The notes: generated by a model from the sequence alone, not told the origin. Shown: positions 23,290 to 33,360, counted from the stretch's first letter. The stretch is DNA of 64,000 bases from an uncultured Candidatus Rokubacteria bacterium (GCA_963771355.1 CAVYTA010000007.1:384001-448000), one strand, 5' to 3'. Numbers and translations are program-made.

Positions 23290-24984
23290 GTGGATTGGGT
23301 CGCCCAGACGCTCCGACAGTATCCGGAGATCGCCATCCTCGCCGCGCTCGGGATCGGGTTGGGCGTGGGGCCGCTGAAGTTGGGGAAGTTCAGTCTCGGG
23401 AATGTGACCGCGGTGCTGCTGGCGGGAGTACTCATCGGGCAGCTCGACATCGCGATCTCGCCGAGCGTGAAATCGGTGTTCTTCCTGATGTTCCTCTTCG
23501 CGACGGGCTACGACGTGGGACCGCAGTTTGTTCGCGGACTGAAGCGCGACGGCCTGCCCCAGGTGCTCTTCGCCTGCGTCCTGTGCGTCGCCGTGCTCCT
23601 GTCCACCTACGTCGCCGCCAGCCTGGCCGGGTACCATGCGGGCCTCGCGGCCGGACTTCTCTCCGGTGCCGCCACCAGCTCGGGGGTGCTCGGGGTGGCG
23701 ACCGACACCATCAACGGGCTCGGTCTCCCGTCGGACCGCGCGAAAGCGTGGACCGACGCCATGCCCGTCGCCTACGCAGTCACCTACCTCTTCGGGACGG
23801 CCGGTTCGGCGTGGTTCCTGGCGTTCATCGGGCCCAGGCTCCTCGGCGTCGATCTCGTCCAGGAGTGCAAGGACTACGAGCGAGGGCTGGGCGGACCGAA
23901 GGCCCAGGCGGGTGGGCTCGGCACCGACGCCAAGGTGGCGTTCCGCGCGTGCACGATCGCGTCGGATTCGAAGTTCGTGGGCCAGCGCTTCGCGGACCTC
24001 GAGGAGAGCCTCGCGGAGCCCGGGATCCCCGCCTTCGTCGACGCCGTCCGGCGGGACGGCCATATCGTGACCCCCGATCCCGACGGGCCGATACAGGGCG
24101 GCGACGTGCTGGCGATCGTGGCCGCGCGCGAGGCGTTCCTCAGGAGGGAGGCAGACCTCGGCGCCGAGGTGGACGACCGCGAGCTGCTCGCCTCCCCGCT
24201 CGAGATCGTGGATATCGTCATCACGAACAAGACCGTGGCCGGGAAGACCCTTCAGCAGATCGATGCGACGCATGACCACCAGGGTCCCGGCGTGGTTCTC
24301 CGCAAGCTGATACGTCAGGGGCATGAGATGCCCTTCACGCTCGGGACCACGGTGGACCGCGGCGACGTGCTGCAGGTCATCGGCGCCGCGCGTGACGTCG
24401 AGCGGGCGATCGAGGTGCTGGGCTATGCCGATCGGTTCGGCGGGAGGACCGGCGCGGTATTCATGGGGCTGGGCATCCTGGCAGGCATCGTGGTCGGGGC
24501 GTTCAGCATTCTGATCAGCGGCGTGCCCCTTAGCCTCACGACCAGCGCCGCGGCCTTCGTCGCCGGTCTGCTGGGCGGCTATCTCCGAGCCGTCAATCGC
24601 ACCTTGGGCCGAATCCCCGAGTCCACCCTGTGGGCGTTCAACAACATGGGGCTCACGATCTTCATCGCGGTGGTGGGGATCAGCACGGGCCCCGGATTCC
24701 TCAACGGCCTGAAAGAGGCCGGCATGAGCCTGTTCTTGTGGGGCATGTTCGTGACGGTGATGCCCTTGATCGTGGCGATCCTCGCGGGGAAGTACGTGTT
24801 CAAGTTCCATCCCGGCGTACTGCTCGGCGCCTGCGCGGGCGCGCGCACCAACACCGCGGCGCTGGGGGCCGTCCAGGACGTGGCGCAGAGCAACGTCCCC
24901 GCGCTCGGCTACACGATCACCTACGCGGTCGGCAACATACTCCTGATCTTCTGGGGTGTGGTGATCGTGCTCATGCTGAGGTGA
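23290..24984 (+). CDS. Aspartate:alanine antiporter family (AspT/YidE) with TrkA-C domains
   Basis: FLFATGYDVGPQF, YAVTYLFGTAG, GACAGARTNTAAL, PALGYTITYAVGN. Confidence 0.9.
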   Translation: MDWVAQTLRQYPEIAILAALGIGLGVGPLKLGKFSLGNVTAVLLAGVLIGQLDIAISPSVKSVFFLMFLFATGYDVGPQFVRGLKRDGLPQVLFACVLCVAVLLSTYVAASLAGYHAGLAAGLLSGAATSSGVLGVATDTINGLGLPSDRAKAWTDAMPVAYAVTYLFGTAGSAWFLAFIGPRLLGVDLVQECKDYERGLGGPKAQAGGLGTDAKVAFRACTIASDSKFVGQRFADLEESLAEPGIPAFVDAVRRDGHIVTPDPDGPIQGGDVLAIVAAREAFLRREADLGAEVDDRELLASPLEIVDIVITNKTVAGKTLQQIDATHDHQGPGVVLRKLIRQGHEMPFTLGTTVDRGDVLQVIGAARDVERAIEVLGYADRFGGRTGAVFMGLGILAGIVVGAFSILISGVPLSLTTSAAAFVAGLLGGYLRAVNRTLGRIPESTLWAFNNMGLTIFIAVVGISTGPGFLNGLKEAGMSLFLWGMFVTVMPLIVAILAGKYVFKFHPGVLLGACAGARTNTAALGAVQDVAQSNVPALGYTITYAVGNILLIFWGVVIVLMLR

Positions 24985-25658
24985 GCGTGTGGAATCGGCG
25001 ATGTTCGCCGACGCCTTCGAGACCGGCGAAATCACGAAACCTTCGACTACCCGACCGACCTGAAGAAGTAGCGGGGTCACTTCTCCTCTCCCTCCGCAAT
25101 TCTGTTTTTGCTGAAGCTGCGAATTTTCTTGAATGACTCTGGCGCTCGCCGAAAAGCGTGAGTATGGTCATCAGTAGGAGTGACGCTGATGATCCGACGT
25201 GGACTCACGATGATCCGCTGGCTCGCAGTTGGCACCATGGCTGCCACCGCCTACTTCCTCGCCGGCTGAAACATTCGCGGTTCTCCTCGGCAGGCGATCA
25301 TCGCGCCTGCGCCTCGAGGAATGCCGCCAACATGACGGCCCGCCCCAACCCCCACGGGAGTGAGAAGTAAAGCGCGGCGGAAGGGTGGGGCGAGCACCCG
25401 CTACAGGCGGGGTGAGGCAGGGGCTAGTCCGAACAGGTTGGGGAAGGACGGTTCGAAGTACCCCGTAGCGGCGAGAGCGACATGGGGGCCTCAGACTGAG
25501 ATAGCCGGTGCCGAAATAGCGCCACTTCGCGATGTCGCTCACGCTCACAGGCAATCACACCGCCACATAGCCAACTGAGTGGTAAGGGGCGGTAGGCGCT
25601 CGCTGTTTGTCCCTTCCACTCACTCCATGCGACTCGATGTAAGATGCCCTTGGACGGT

Positions 25659-25703
25659 CTTACAAGGCTGAGGTCGGGAGTTCAATCCTCCCCCCGCCTA
25701 CCA
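25659..25703 (+). repeat. att copy of the tRNA-Val 3' half
   Basis: CTTACAAGGCTGAGGTCGGGAGTTCAATCCTCCCCCCGCCTACCA, identical to 21728-21772. Confidence 0.95.
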
Positions 25704-25829
25704 TCAATCACTCAGGGGTTTCCGGGCGATCTCGTAGTTCCACCTCGTGGAGCGGGACCCGGAAAACCCCTGGACCCGATAATTGGAGATGGAATTGTCG
25801 CTGCGGGCACGGGCGGATCAGGTGATCGA

Positions 25830-26441
25830 GTGACTGAGGAACGTCCGGGCGCAGATCAACCGCCTGCTAGCGATGCTCAATGGGCCGCCGAGATGTTCGC
25901 CGCGCTCGGCTACCACGCCCTCCCACCCATCTCGGCCGACAGGGCGCCCGCCTTCCAGGCGCTCCACCAGTGGCTCGACTCCTGGCGGGGGATCGGCGAT
26001 CTCGAGCGCGGGATGCACCGGCAGGGATTCGATCTTCACCTCGCCCGGGAAGCCGACGAGGGCTGGCGGGCAACCTTCTTCGGGAGCGGGAAAGTGCACT
26101 CCCTCCCCGCGCCCACCGGGACGGCCTGGGAGAGGACGCCCTGGCTCGCTGTCCAGCGGGCCGCGGCACGGACGCTCGACAAGATGGAGCGGGCCGACGA
26201 CAAGATGCAGCGCGGCGACGACACGATGGACCGCGACAGAGGGTCGATTGGGGAGCGCCCGACGGCGCCAGCCACGGCGTCACGAGATAGCACCCACACG
26301 GAGGACCGGCTCATGAGCGTCGGACGGGCGACCAAGATCGCGGCGGGCATCCTGTTCATCCTGGCCGTGGTCGGCGTCAATTCACCGGTGTCGCTGGTCC
26401 CGCTCGGCCTGGCGGTGTGGGTACTCGGCGAGGCCGCGTGA
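25830..26441 (+). CDS. Hypothetical protein; the C-terminal 42 aa may be a separate small membrane protein starting at 26313
   Basis: Trp-rich globular segment (WLDSWRGIG...GWRATF), then a hydrophobic tail with its own GGAGG-ATG. Confidence 0.55.
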   Translation: MTEERPGADQPPASDAQWAAEMFAALGYHALPPISADRAPAFQALHQWLDSWRGIGDLERGMHRQGFDLHLAREADEGWRATFFGSGKVHSLPAPTGTAWERTPWLAVQRAAARTLDKMERADDKMQRGDDTMDRDRGSIGERPTAPATASRDSTHTEDRLMSVGRATKIAAGILFILAVVGVNSPVSLVPLGLAVWVLGEAA

Positions 26442-26458
26442 TCGAGGTTTCGGTAGCG

Positions 26459-26815
26459 TTAGGCATTCCTATGCGCGGCCATGCGGGCGAGTTGACGAAT
26501 GAGCCCGATGGCGAGTTCTGGATTTGCGCGGACCATGCTCTCGAGACGCTGAGCCGGGATCACGAGGAGGGTTACCTGCTCCACGGCGATCGCGGTGACC
26601 GAGTGGGGCGCATCGCGGAACAAGGCCACCTCACCCAGCAAGTCGCCCTTGACGAGAGTGTTGAGGACCCGCTCCTCTCCGTCAACCCGGCGCCGCGCTT
26701 CGACCGTACCCTCATGGACCAAGTAGGCTTCGCTCTGCGACTCATCGCCTTCCCGGAAGATCACAGCCCCGGGCTCGAATGTCCTAGTCGGCAAGTCTTC
26801 GATCGGCTCAGGCAC
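26459..26815 (-). CDS. Stand-alone cyclic nucleotide-binding domain protein
   Basis: IFREGD, YLVHEGTVE, GDLLGEVAL. Confidence 0.85.
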   Translation of the reverse strand: MPEPIEDLPTRTFEPGAVIFREGDESQSEAYLVHEGTVEARRRVDGEERVLNTLVKGDLLGEVALFRDAPHSVTAIAVEQVTLLVIPAQRLESMVRANPELAIGLIRQLARMAAHRNA

Positions 26816-26956
26816 GGGCCACCTCCGCGATATCGCTCGCGAAGACTAGGGTTGCCGGAGCCGGGATGTCAAGAGCTATGATCCCCGGAAGGGCTTTGTC
26901 TACGGTCCGTTGAGCCAGCGCTCGGAACTGAACGCACAAAACGAAGGAGGCCCCGC

Positions 26957-28399
26957 ATGCATGGCTTCGTCGCCGGATTGCTCGTGGCGCTCGTGCTCGT
27001 CGCTCCCTCTGCTGCCGGCGCCCAGGACACCCGGACCGCGCTCGAGACTGCCGCCCGGGCGTCGGGGGCGGCCGGGCTCAAGTCCATCCAGATCACCGGC
27101 ACCGGCACGAGCTACGCCGCGGGCCAGGCGCCCGCCCCCGGCCTGCCCTGGCCGAAGTTCAATGTGAAGAGCCTCACCCGCGACGTCGACTACGACACCG
27201 CCTCGCTGCGGGATGACTACGTCCGCACCCAGGCCGAGAATCCGCCGCGGGGCGGCGGGGTGCAGCCGGTGCGGGGCGAGGCGCGGCAGATCCTGGTGGT
27301 GAGCGGAGATCTCGCCTGGAACGTGGTGGCGGACGCCCCCGTCCCCGCGCCCATCGGGCTGGCCGAGCGCCAGTTCCAGCTCTGGTCCACCCCGCATGGC
27401 GTGATCAAGGGCGCCATGGCGAACAATGCCACCGTGCAGGGGCGGACCATCGCTTTCGGGGTGCCCGGGCGCTTCAGCCTGCGCGCCACCCTCAATGACC
27501 AGAATCTCGTGGAGCGGGTAGAGGGGCTGCTGCCGAATCCCGTGGTGGGCGACCTTCCCGTCGAGATCGCCTACTCGGAGTACAAGGACTTCGGCGGCGT
27601 GAAGTACCCGACGCGCATCCGGCAGTCCGCTGCCGGCTTCCCGACGCTCGACATCACCGTCACCGACGTGCGGCCGAACGCGGCGGTGGACATCCGGGTA
27701 CCGGAGCCGGCGCGGCAAGCCACCGGATTCTACGCAAAGATCGCCAGCCAGAAGGTGGCCGACGGCGTCTGGTACGTGACGGGCGGGAGCCATCACAGCG
27801 TGGTCATCGAGATGCGGGACCACGTGATCGTCGCGGAAGGGCCGCAAAATGACGAGCGCGCGCTGGCGGTGATCGGGGAGACGCGCCGGCTGGTGGCGGG
27901 CAAGCCGATCCGGTACGTCATCGCCAGCCACAACCACTTCGACCACACGGGCGGCCTGCGCGCGTTCGCCGCCGAGGGCATTACCGTCATCACCCACGAG
28001 GTGCACCGGGCCTTCTTCGAGCGGGCGCTGGCCGCGCCGGCCACCATCGCTCCCGATCACCTGGCGAAGTCGGGCAAGAAGGGAATGGTGGAAGGCGTGC
28101 GGGACCGCAGGGTGCTCACCGACGGGACGCGGACGGTGGAGCTGCGCCACATCGTCGGCAATGGCCATGACGACGGGCTGCTCATGGTCTACCTGCCCGC
28201 CGAGAAGCTCGTGATCGAGGCCGACGTGTTCACGCCGCTGGCGCCGAACGCGCCCCCGCCGACGCCGGTGAGCCCGTTCAGCGTCAATTTCGCGGACAAT
28301 CTCACGCAGCAGGGGCTGGTGGTCGACCAGATCCTTCCGCTCCACGGCCGCGTGGTCCCGCTGGCCGAGCTCTACCGGACGATCGGCCGGACCCCCTAG
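26957..28399 (+). CDS. Exported MBL-fold metallo-hydrolase
   Basis: Signal peptide; SHNHFDHTGG, GH, EAD and PLHG motifs. Confidence 0.88.
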   Translation: MHGFVAGLLVALVLVAPSAAGAQDTRTALETAARASGAAGLKSIQITGTGTSYAAGQAPAPGLPWPKFNVKSLTRDVDYDTASLRDDYVRTQAENPPRGGGVQPVRGEARQILVVSGDLAWNVVADAPVPAPIGLAERQFQLWSTPHGVIKGAMANNATVQGRTIAFGVPGRFSLRATLNDQNLVERVEGLLPNPVVGDLPVEIAYSEYKDFGGVKYPTRIRQSAAGFPTLDITVTDVRPNAAVDIRVPEPARQATGFYAKIASQKVADGVWYVTGGSHHSVVIEMRDHVIVAEGPQNDERALAVIGETRRLVAGKPIRYVIASHNHFDHTGGLRAFAAEGITVITHEVHRAFFERALAAPATIAPDHLAKSGKKGMVEGVRDRRVLTDGTRTVELRHIVGNGHDDGLLMVYLPAEKLVIEADVFTPLAPNAPPPTPVSPFSVNFADNLTQQGLVVDQILPLHGRVVPLAELYRTIGRTP

Positions 28400-29676
28400 C
28401 CGGCGGCCGCGCGGAGACGCCGGGCCAGCGAGGCACGCAGCCGGCCCGGCGTCACGCGCCCAAGCGTGATCCGCTCCGCGCCCACGAAGGTGCCCAGCGA
28501 CACGAGCGCCTGGGCGAGGCCGTCGAGCGCGGCGTCCGGATCGAGGACCTCGCCGGCGAGAGGCGACGCCTCTCCCTTCGCCAGCCAGGGCTCGAAGTGT
28601 ACGTGCAGCACCTCCAGCTGTTTCTCGGCGCGATGCGTTTTCGCGTCCAGGCGACCGATGAGATGGCCGTCGTGGAGGATGGGCAGGGTGTAGTAGCCGT
28701 GCACGCGCTTTGGCCCCGGCGTGTAGACCTCGATCCGGTACTCGAAATCGAAGAGCCGCACCACACGGTCGCGGTGCCAGAGCAACGAATCGAAGGGCGA
28801 CAGCAGGGTCGTGCCCGTGGAGAGCGCCGGGCGCCCGCTCGCCCGGCGCAGCGCGGGCAGGTCACGCGCGAGCGCCCACCACGACGCGCGCGAGCCTTCC
28901 ACCTCGACGGGCACCACCTCGCCCCGCTCGCGCATGGCCGCGAAGACCGTCCGTCGGCCCATGGCGGCGGCGCGGGGGAAGGTGAGGTAACCGCCGAGAT
29001 CCTTCTCGGTGACCGCGCCCATCGCGTGGAGAGAGCGCTCGAGATGCCAGCGCCGGAACTCCTCGGCGGTCACCGGGCGGGCGGCGAGCGCCTCGTCCAG
29101 GACCCGCTCGGTGAGGTCGAAGCGCTTCTGGAAGTGCCGGCGCGAGTGGATGGCGAGATCGCCCGTCATCCAGAGGTGATGGAGCGCGTGGTGCACGGGG
29201 CGCCAGGCCCACCATCCGCCGCCCGCGCCCCGGCGGCGCCGGCGCTCGAGGTCGGCGGCCACCATGGGCCCGCCCTCGCGGATGGCGGCGCGCACCTCGC
29301 GCAGCACGCCCGCATTGCGCTGGAGCCCGGACCACCCGGTGTGGCGGATCTCATAGTCGAGCATGGCCCGCCGCCACCAGGGGAGCGAGGACGCGGGCAC
29401 GAGGCAGGCCGCGTGCGCCCAGTACTCGAAGAACAGGCGGCGGCGATAGACGAGCCCGTCGAGGCGCGCGCGGTCGTAGGGCCCGAAGCGGCTCCACACC
29501 GTGAGGTAGTGGGCCCGGTCGAGGACGTTGATGGAGTCGAGCTGAAGGCCACCCGCGTCCTCCACGAAGCGGCCCAGCCGGCGGGGGGTGAGCGCCTGCG
29601 TGCGTGGGCTCGCGAGATGCTGCCGCTCGAGAAAGAGCCCGCGCACCGCGCGCACGGGGAAGACGGGGCGAGTCAC
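28396..29676 (-). CDS. YcaQ/AlkZ-family (HTH_42) crosslink-repair DNA glycosylase
   Basis: LQLDSINV (QxD), FEYWAHAAC, LLSPFDSL, RVHGYYTLPIL. Confidence 0.88.
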   Translation of the reverse strand: MTRPVFPVRAVRGLFLERQHLASPRTQALTPRRLGRFVEDAGGLQLDSINVLDRAHYLTVWSRFGPYDRARLDGLVYRRRLFFEYWAHAACLVPASSLPWWRRAMLDYEIRHTGWSGLQRNAGVLREVRAAIREGGPMVAADLERRRRRGAGGGWWAWRPVHHALHHLWMTGDLAIHSRRHFQKRFDLTERVLDEALAARPVTAEEFRRWHLERSLHAMGAVTEKDLGGYLTFPRAAAMGRRTVFAAMRERGEVVPVEVEGSRASWWALARDLPALRRASGRPALSTGTTLLSPFDSLLWHRDRVVRLFDFEYRIEVYTPGPKRVHGYYTLPILHDGHLIGRLDAKTHRAEKQLEVLHVHFEPWLAKGEASPLAGEVLDPDAALDGLAQALVSLGTFVGAERITLGRVTPGRLRASLARRLRAAAG

Positions 29677-29745
29677 CGGCGAATGCTCCCACGCGGGGCC
29701 GGGCGCGTCAATGTGCCGGGGTTCCGTGTAGAATCGACCCGAGCC

Positions 29746-30366
29746 GTGACCACCCTCAGCAGCGCGCCCCCCCTCACGCAGGACGAGCCCGGACTGGGAC
29801 GGCTCCACGTCTGGCCGCTCGATCCGTCGGCGGCCTTGCTGGAGCGGCTCCTGCGGGATCTCTTCGAGAACCACTGGCGGGTCATCACCTTCGGCCCGCT
29901 CATCCAGGGATCGGCGTGGGAGATCCAGGCGGCGGCCCCGCCCCGCCGCGTCAGCCTGCTCGACGGCTATCTCACGGTGGACCTCGGGCAGTGGCACTTT
30001 CACCTCTGCATCGGCGAGCACCGGGGCAGCGCGTCGAACCCTACGCCGCCCGCGCTCGCGCGCCACCGCCGCACCAAGCGCGCGGAGCTCTACCGCCGCG
30101 TCAATGCCGACGGCGCGCCCGACTCCTGGGGGCTCCGCCTGCTCAACGGCCACGACGAGCAGCAGCTCACCGTGCTCCTGCCGAACCCCTTCCTGGGCGA
30201 CCACCACGAGTACCTGGCCGCGCCCGACTGGTCCCGCCTCGCCCTCTGGGATCACCTGCGAAACACGTACCTCGGGCTCCCGCCGGACGCGTTCGACCGG
30301 ACGGGCACGCGCTTCATCCACTCTGACCATGCTGGGCTGGTCTTGACCCTGCTGGGCTGGGCATGA
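29746..30366 (+). CDS. Hypothetical protein
   Basis: Protein-like composition (WHFHLCIGEH, LLPNPFL); stop overlaps the next gene. Confidence 0.7.
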   Translation: MTTLSSAPPLTQDEPGLGRLHVWPLDPSAALLERLLRDLFENHWRVITFGPLIQGSAWEIQAAAPPRRVSLLDGYLTVDLGQWHFHLCIGEHRGSASNPTPPALARHRRTKRAELYRRVNADGAPDSWGLRLLNGHDEQQLTVLLPNPFLGDHHEYLAAPDWSRLALWDHLRNTYLGLPPDAFDRTGTRFIHSDHAGLVLTLLGWA

Positions 30367-30812
30367 TCGCCGCCCTCGTCTCCGCGCTGCACGTGCTGGC
30401 CCTGGCGCTCGGGCTGCCGTCGGCGTATTTCCGCGGGCGCGCCCTCCGCGGGCGACTGGACGCGGACGGGCTGCGGCAGCTCTTCCTCGCCGACAACATC
30501 TGGGGGCTCGCCGCGGCGCTCTGGCTGGTGACGGGGCTGCTGCGGGCATTCGGCGGGCTCGAGAAGGGAACGGCGTTCTACCTCGCCTCGACGCTGTTCT
30601 GGACCAAGATGGGCCTCTTCGCTCTCATCTTGCTCCTCGAGATCTGGCCCATGACGACCTTCCTGCGCTGGCGCATCGCGCGGCGGCGGGGCGCGGCGCC
30701 CGACACCTCATCCGCGCGCGGCCTCTACCTCATCAACCACGTGGAGATGGCCCTCGTGGTGCTCATGGTGTTCGTCGCCGCCTTCATGGCGCGCGGCTTC
30801 GGCGTCCGGTAG
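30363..30812 (+). CDS. DUF2214-like membrane protein
   Basis: Four TM helices; DNIWG, LEKG-x2-FY, FMARGFG. Confidence 0.8.
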   Translation: MIAALVSALHVLALALGLPSAYFRGRALRGRLDADGLRQLFLADNIWGLAAALWLVTGLLRAFGGLEKGTAFYLASTLFWTKMGLFALILLLEIWPMTTFLRWRIARRRGAAPDTSSARGLYLINHVEMALVVLMVFVAAFMARGFGVR

Positions 30813-30838
30813 CCCGCCCCGCTCCGCGTCGCGGCCCG

Positions 30839-31147
30839 CTACTCGTCCTTGAGGCAGTGGGAGCCGTGCGCGATGGCGGCCCCTGCGCGCAGGGCCGCCG
30901 CCACCAGGATGGTCTCCCCGATCTCGGCGTCGGCGGCGCCCGCCTTGCGGGCCTTGCCCACGTGGACCTCGATGCAGTAGGGGCACTGGGTGGTCAGCGC
31001 CACCGCCACCGCCATCAGCTCCTTGTACTTGACGGGCACCGCGCCGTCGGCGAGGGCGGCCTTGTCGAAGGCCTGAAAGGCCGGCCACGCGGTCGGAGCA
31101 AGGGTCGCCATCTTCCGAAGGTTTTTCAGCAGCGCCATGTCGTACAT
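30839..31147 (-). CDS. Carboxymuconolactone decarboxylase/AhpD-family protein
   Basis: KYKELMAVAVALTTQCPYCIEVH. Confidence 0.9.
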   Translation of the reverse strand: MYDMALLKNLRKMATLAPTAWPAFQAFDKAALADGAVPVKYKELMAVAVALTTQCPYCIEVHVGKARKAGAADAEIGETILVAAALRAGAAIAHGSHCLKDE

Positions 31148-31197
31148 GAGGGTCTCCTTGTGTCGGCTGACGCTGCCGGGGTGGCCGGTCCTCCCGG

Positions 31198-31548
31198 CTA
31201 GAGGGTCTCGCCGCGCAGGCGCGCGAGCGCCTCGTTCATCGAACGCGTGAGCGAGGCGGCGATGTCCTCGCGCTCCTTGACGTGGCGCTCGGCCTCCCCA
31301 CGGTACGAGCCGACCTCGTGGCGGAGCTTGTCGCAATCGGCCTCGCTGGACTGGAGCTGGTTCCGCAGCCGCTCCACCTCATACTGCAGGCCGCGGAGCT
31401 GCTCGAGCTCCTGATCGTTGGTCTCGACGACACGCTGGAGCCGGTGATAGTCATTGAGGATGCCGAGGAGCGCGCTGAACTGTCCCTGACCCTCCTCCAG
31501 CCACCGAACCACTCGCTCGTGTGCCACCGGCGTCGCCGCACTGCTCAT
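31198..31548 (-). CDS. Coiled-coil hypothetical protein
   Basis: Heptad-rich; AGGAGGAG SD. Confidence 0.7.
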   Translation of the reverse strand: MSSAATPVAHERVVRWLEEGQGQFSALLGILNDYHRLQRVVETNDQELEQLRGLQYEVERLRNQLQSSEADCDKLRHEVGSYRGEAERHVKEREDIAASLTRSMNEALARLRGETL

Positions 31549-31976
31549 CCGCGCTCCTCCTGTTGAGAATGACGTTTGTTGAGAGCTGCCGTCGATCGAG
31601 ATTGCCGTCTTGAAATCGCGTTTCGATCGAATGGCTGGCTCACACTATCCCGAGGTCCCGAGGCGGTCAAGAGACGAGTTGACATTCCCGATCTGCGCGC
31701 AATGTCGGGAGAAGGGCGCCATGACGAGACTGGTTGCCCGGCCGCGCGTGCACGACCCCAGCCGGAGTGTGCTGGATGCATGCAAGCGCGGCCCCAGGCA
31801 CACCCTGCCAGTGTTTCGCCTCGGCGGGCTGGGTGGCGGGCGTCGTCCGCGAGTGGGTCTGGGACACGCCGCCGTCCCGATAGGCAAGGTCGGCGCGCTT
31901 GTACCCGTCGGGGCGAATGGAGTAGCATCTCGACTGCAGCCCATACTGCGCCCGTCGTCATCCAAAGGGGGACTCG

Positions 31977-33347
31977 ATGGATAGCCGCCTTCGCTCACTC
32001 GCCGAGCAGCTCGACGCCAACGTCATCGCCCGCCGCGAGTTCCTCCGCAAGGCGGCCATCATCACCGGCGGGACCGCCGCCGGGCTCGGCGCGCTCGAAC
32101 AAGATGGCGCATGCCCAGGCCGAAGCCCAAGCTCCGCGTCTGGCTCTTCAAGAGCTTCGTCACCGGCGCCAACGACATGCTCGCCAAGCAGATCGAGGCC
32201 TGGGCCAAGGAGCAAGAACGTCGAGGTGGAGACGGACTGGGCCACCTTCGGCGACCGCGAGCAGAAGTTCGTCGCCGCCATCGAGGCGGGCAACCCGCCC
32301 GACATCGCGGAGATGAACTATCTACGGGCCCATGCGCTACAAGCCGGCCCTCCGCGACATGACGCAAGCTCGCCGAGGACATCGCGGCACCAGCAAGGGC
32401 GGGCTCCTGCCCTTCGCCGAGCGGCTGATGAAGGCGGACGGGAAGTTCCTCGCGGTGGCGCGTTACAGCCATGACCGGCGTCTTCTTCATCCGCAAGGAC
32501 ATCATGGAGGCCAAGGGGCTCAAGCCGCCCAAGGTCTACGATCCCGACGTGGTGGAGTTCGCCAAGAAGACCCAGGACCCGAGCAAGGACCTGTGGGGCT
32601 TCGGCCAGACGCTGAACCGCTCGGATGACGGCGACGGCTTCATGTCACAATATCCTCTGGAACTACGGTGGGGGCGTCTGGGACAAGGACGGCAAGCCCG
32701 CGCTCGGGACCTCCTTCCTCAAGCAGAACATGACCGCGCTCCAGTTCTCGATCGACACCATCCAGAAGCACAAGATCCAGCCGCCCGGGGTGATGGGCTG
32801 GACCGACGTGTCGAACAACGAGGCTTACATGGCAGGCAAGCTGGTGACCACCAACAACGGCGCCAGCCTCTACTACGCCATGGTGACCAAGAAGCACGAG
32901 CTGGCGCCCAAGACCCAGCTCGTCCTGACGCCCGGCGGTCCGGCCGGCAGCTTCGTGGGCTCGAGTTGCTACAACTGGGCCGTGTTCCAGAAGACCAAGC
33001 ACGCCGAGCTCGCCGAGGACATGATCCGCTACGTCGAGGACGAGAAGCGCTTCGTCGAGTACATGAACGCCTCCGTGGGTCAGGCGGGCCCGGTGTACAA
33101 GGGCCGCGCGGACCATCCCTACTGGAAGTCCGACCCGAATTTCGACGCTATCCTGCAGAACATCCTGCGCTACGTGAACATCGGCTATCCCGGGCCCATG
33201 ACGCCGGCGGCGGCCGAGGTGCAGGCGCAGAAGATCCTCACCGACATGGCCGGGCGCGTGGTGGTGGGTGGGCTCTCTCCCGAGGCGGCCATCAAGGAAG
33301 CGCACGCGCGGGTGGAAGAGATCCACAAGATTCGCGGCAAGGCCTAG
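31977..33347 (+). CDS. Carbohydrate ABC solute-binding protein with Tat signal; several frameshifts
   Basis: RREFL Tat motif, AAIEAGNPPDIAEM; split across at least four frames. Confidence 0.8.
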
Positions 33348-33360
33348 AGGAGAAGCTTCG

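Larger units (their letters stand above)
21728..25703. mobile_element. Genomic islet integrated at tRNA-Val; no integrase inside
   Basis: Perfect 45-bp direct repeat of the tRNA 3' half at 21728-21772 and 25659-25703. Confidence 0.85.

Noticed and set aside
22060..25080. 1006-aa minus-strand ORF and many similar long antisense or shifted ORFs
   Set aside because: Shadows of well-supported opposite-strand genes, expected at about 70% GC; no motifs
24985..25658. Integrase remnant or small genes inside the tRNA-Val islet
   Set aside because: The short ORFs show no recognisable motifs or coding-like composition
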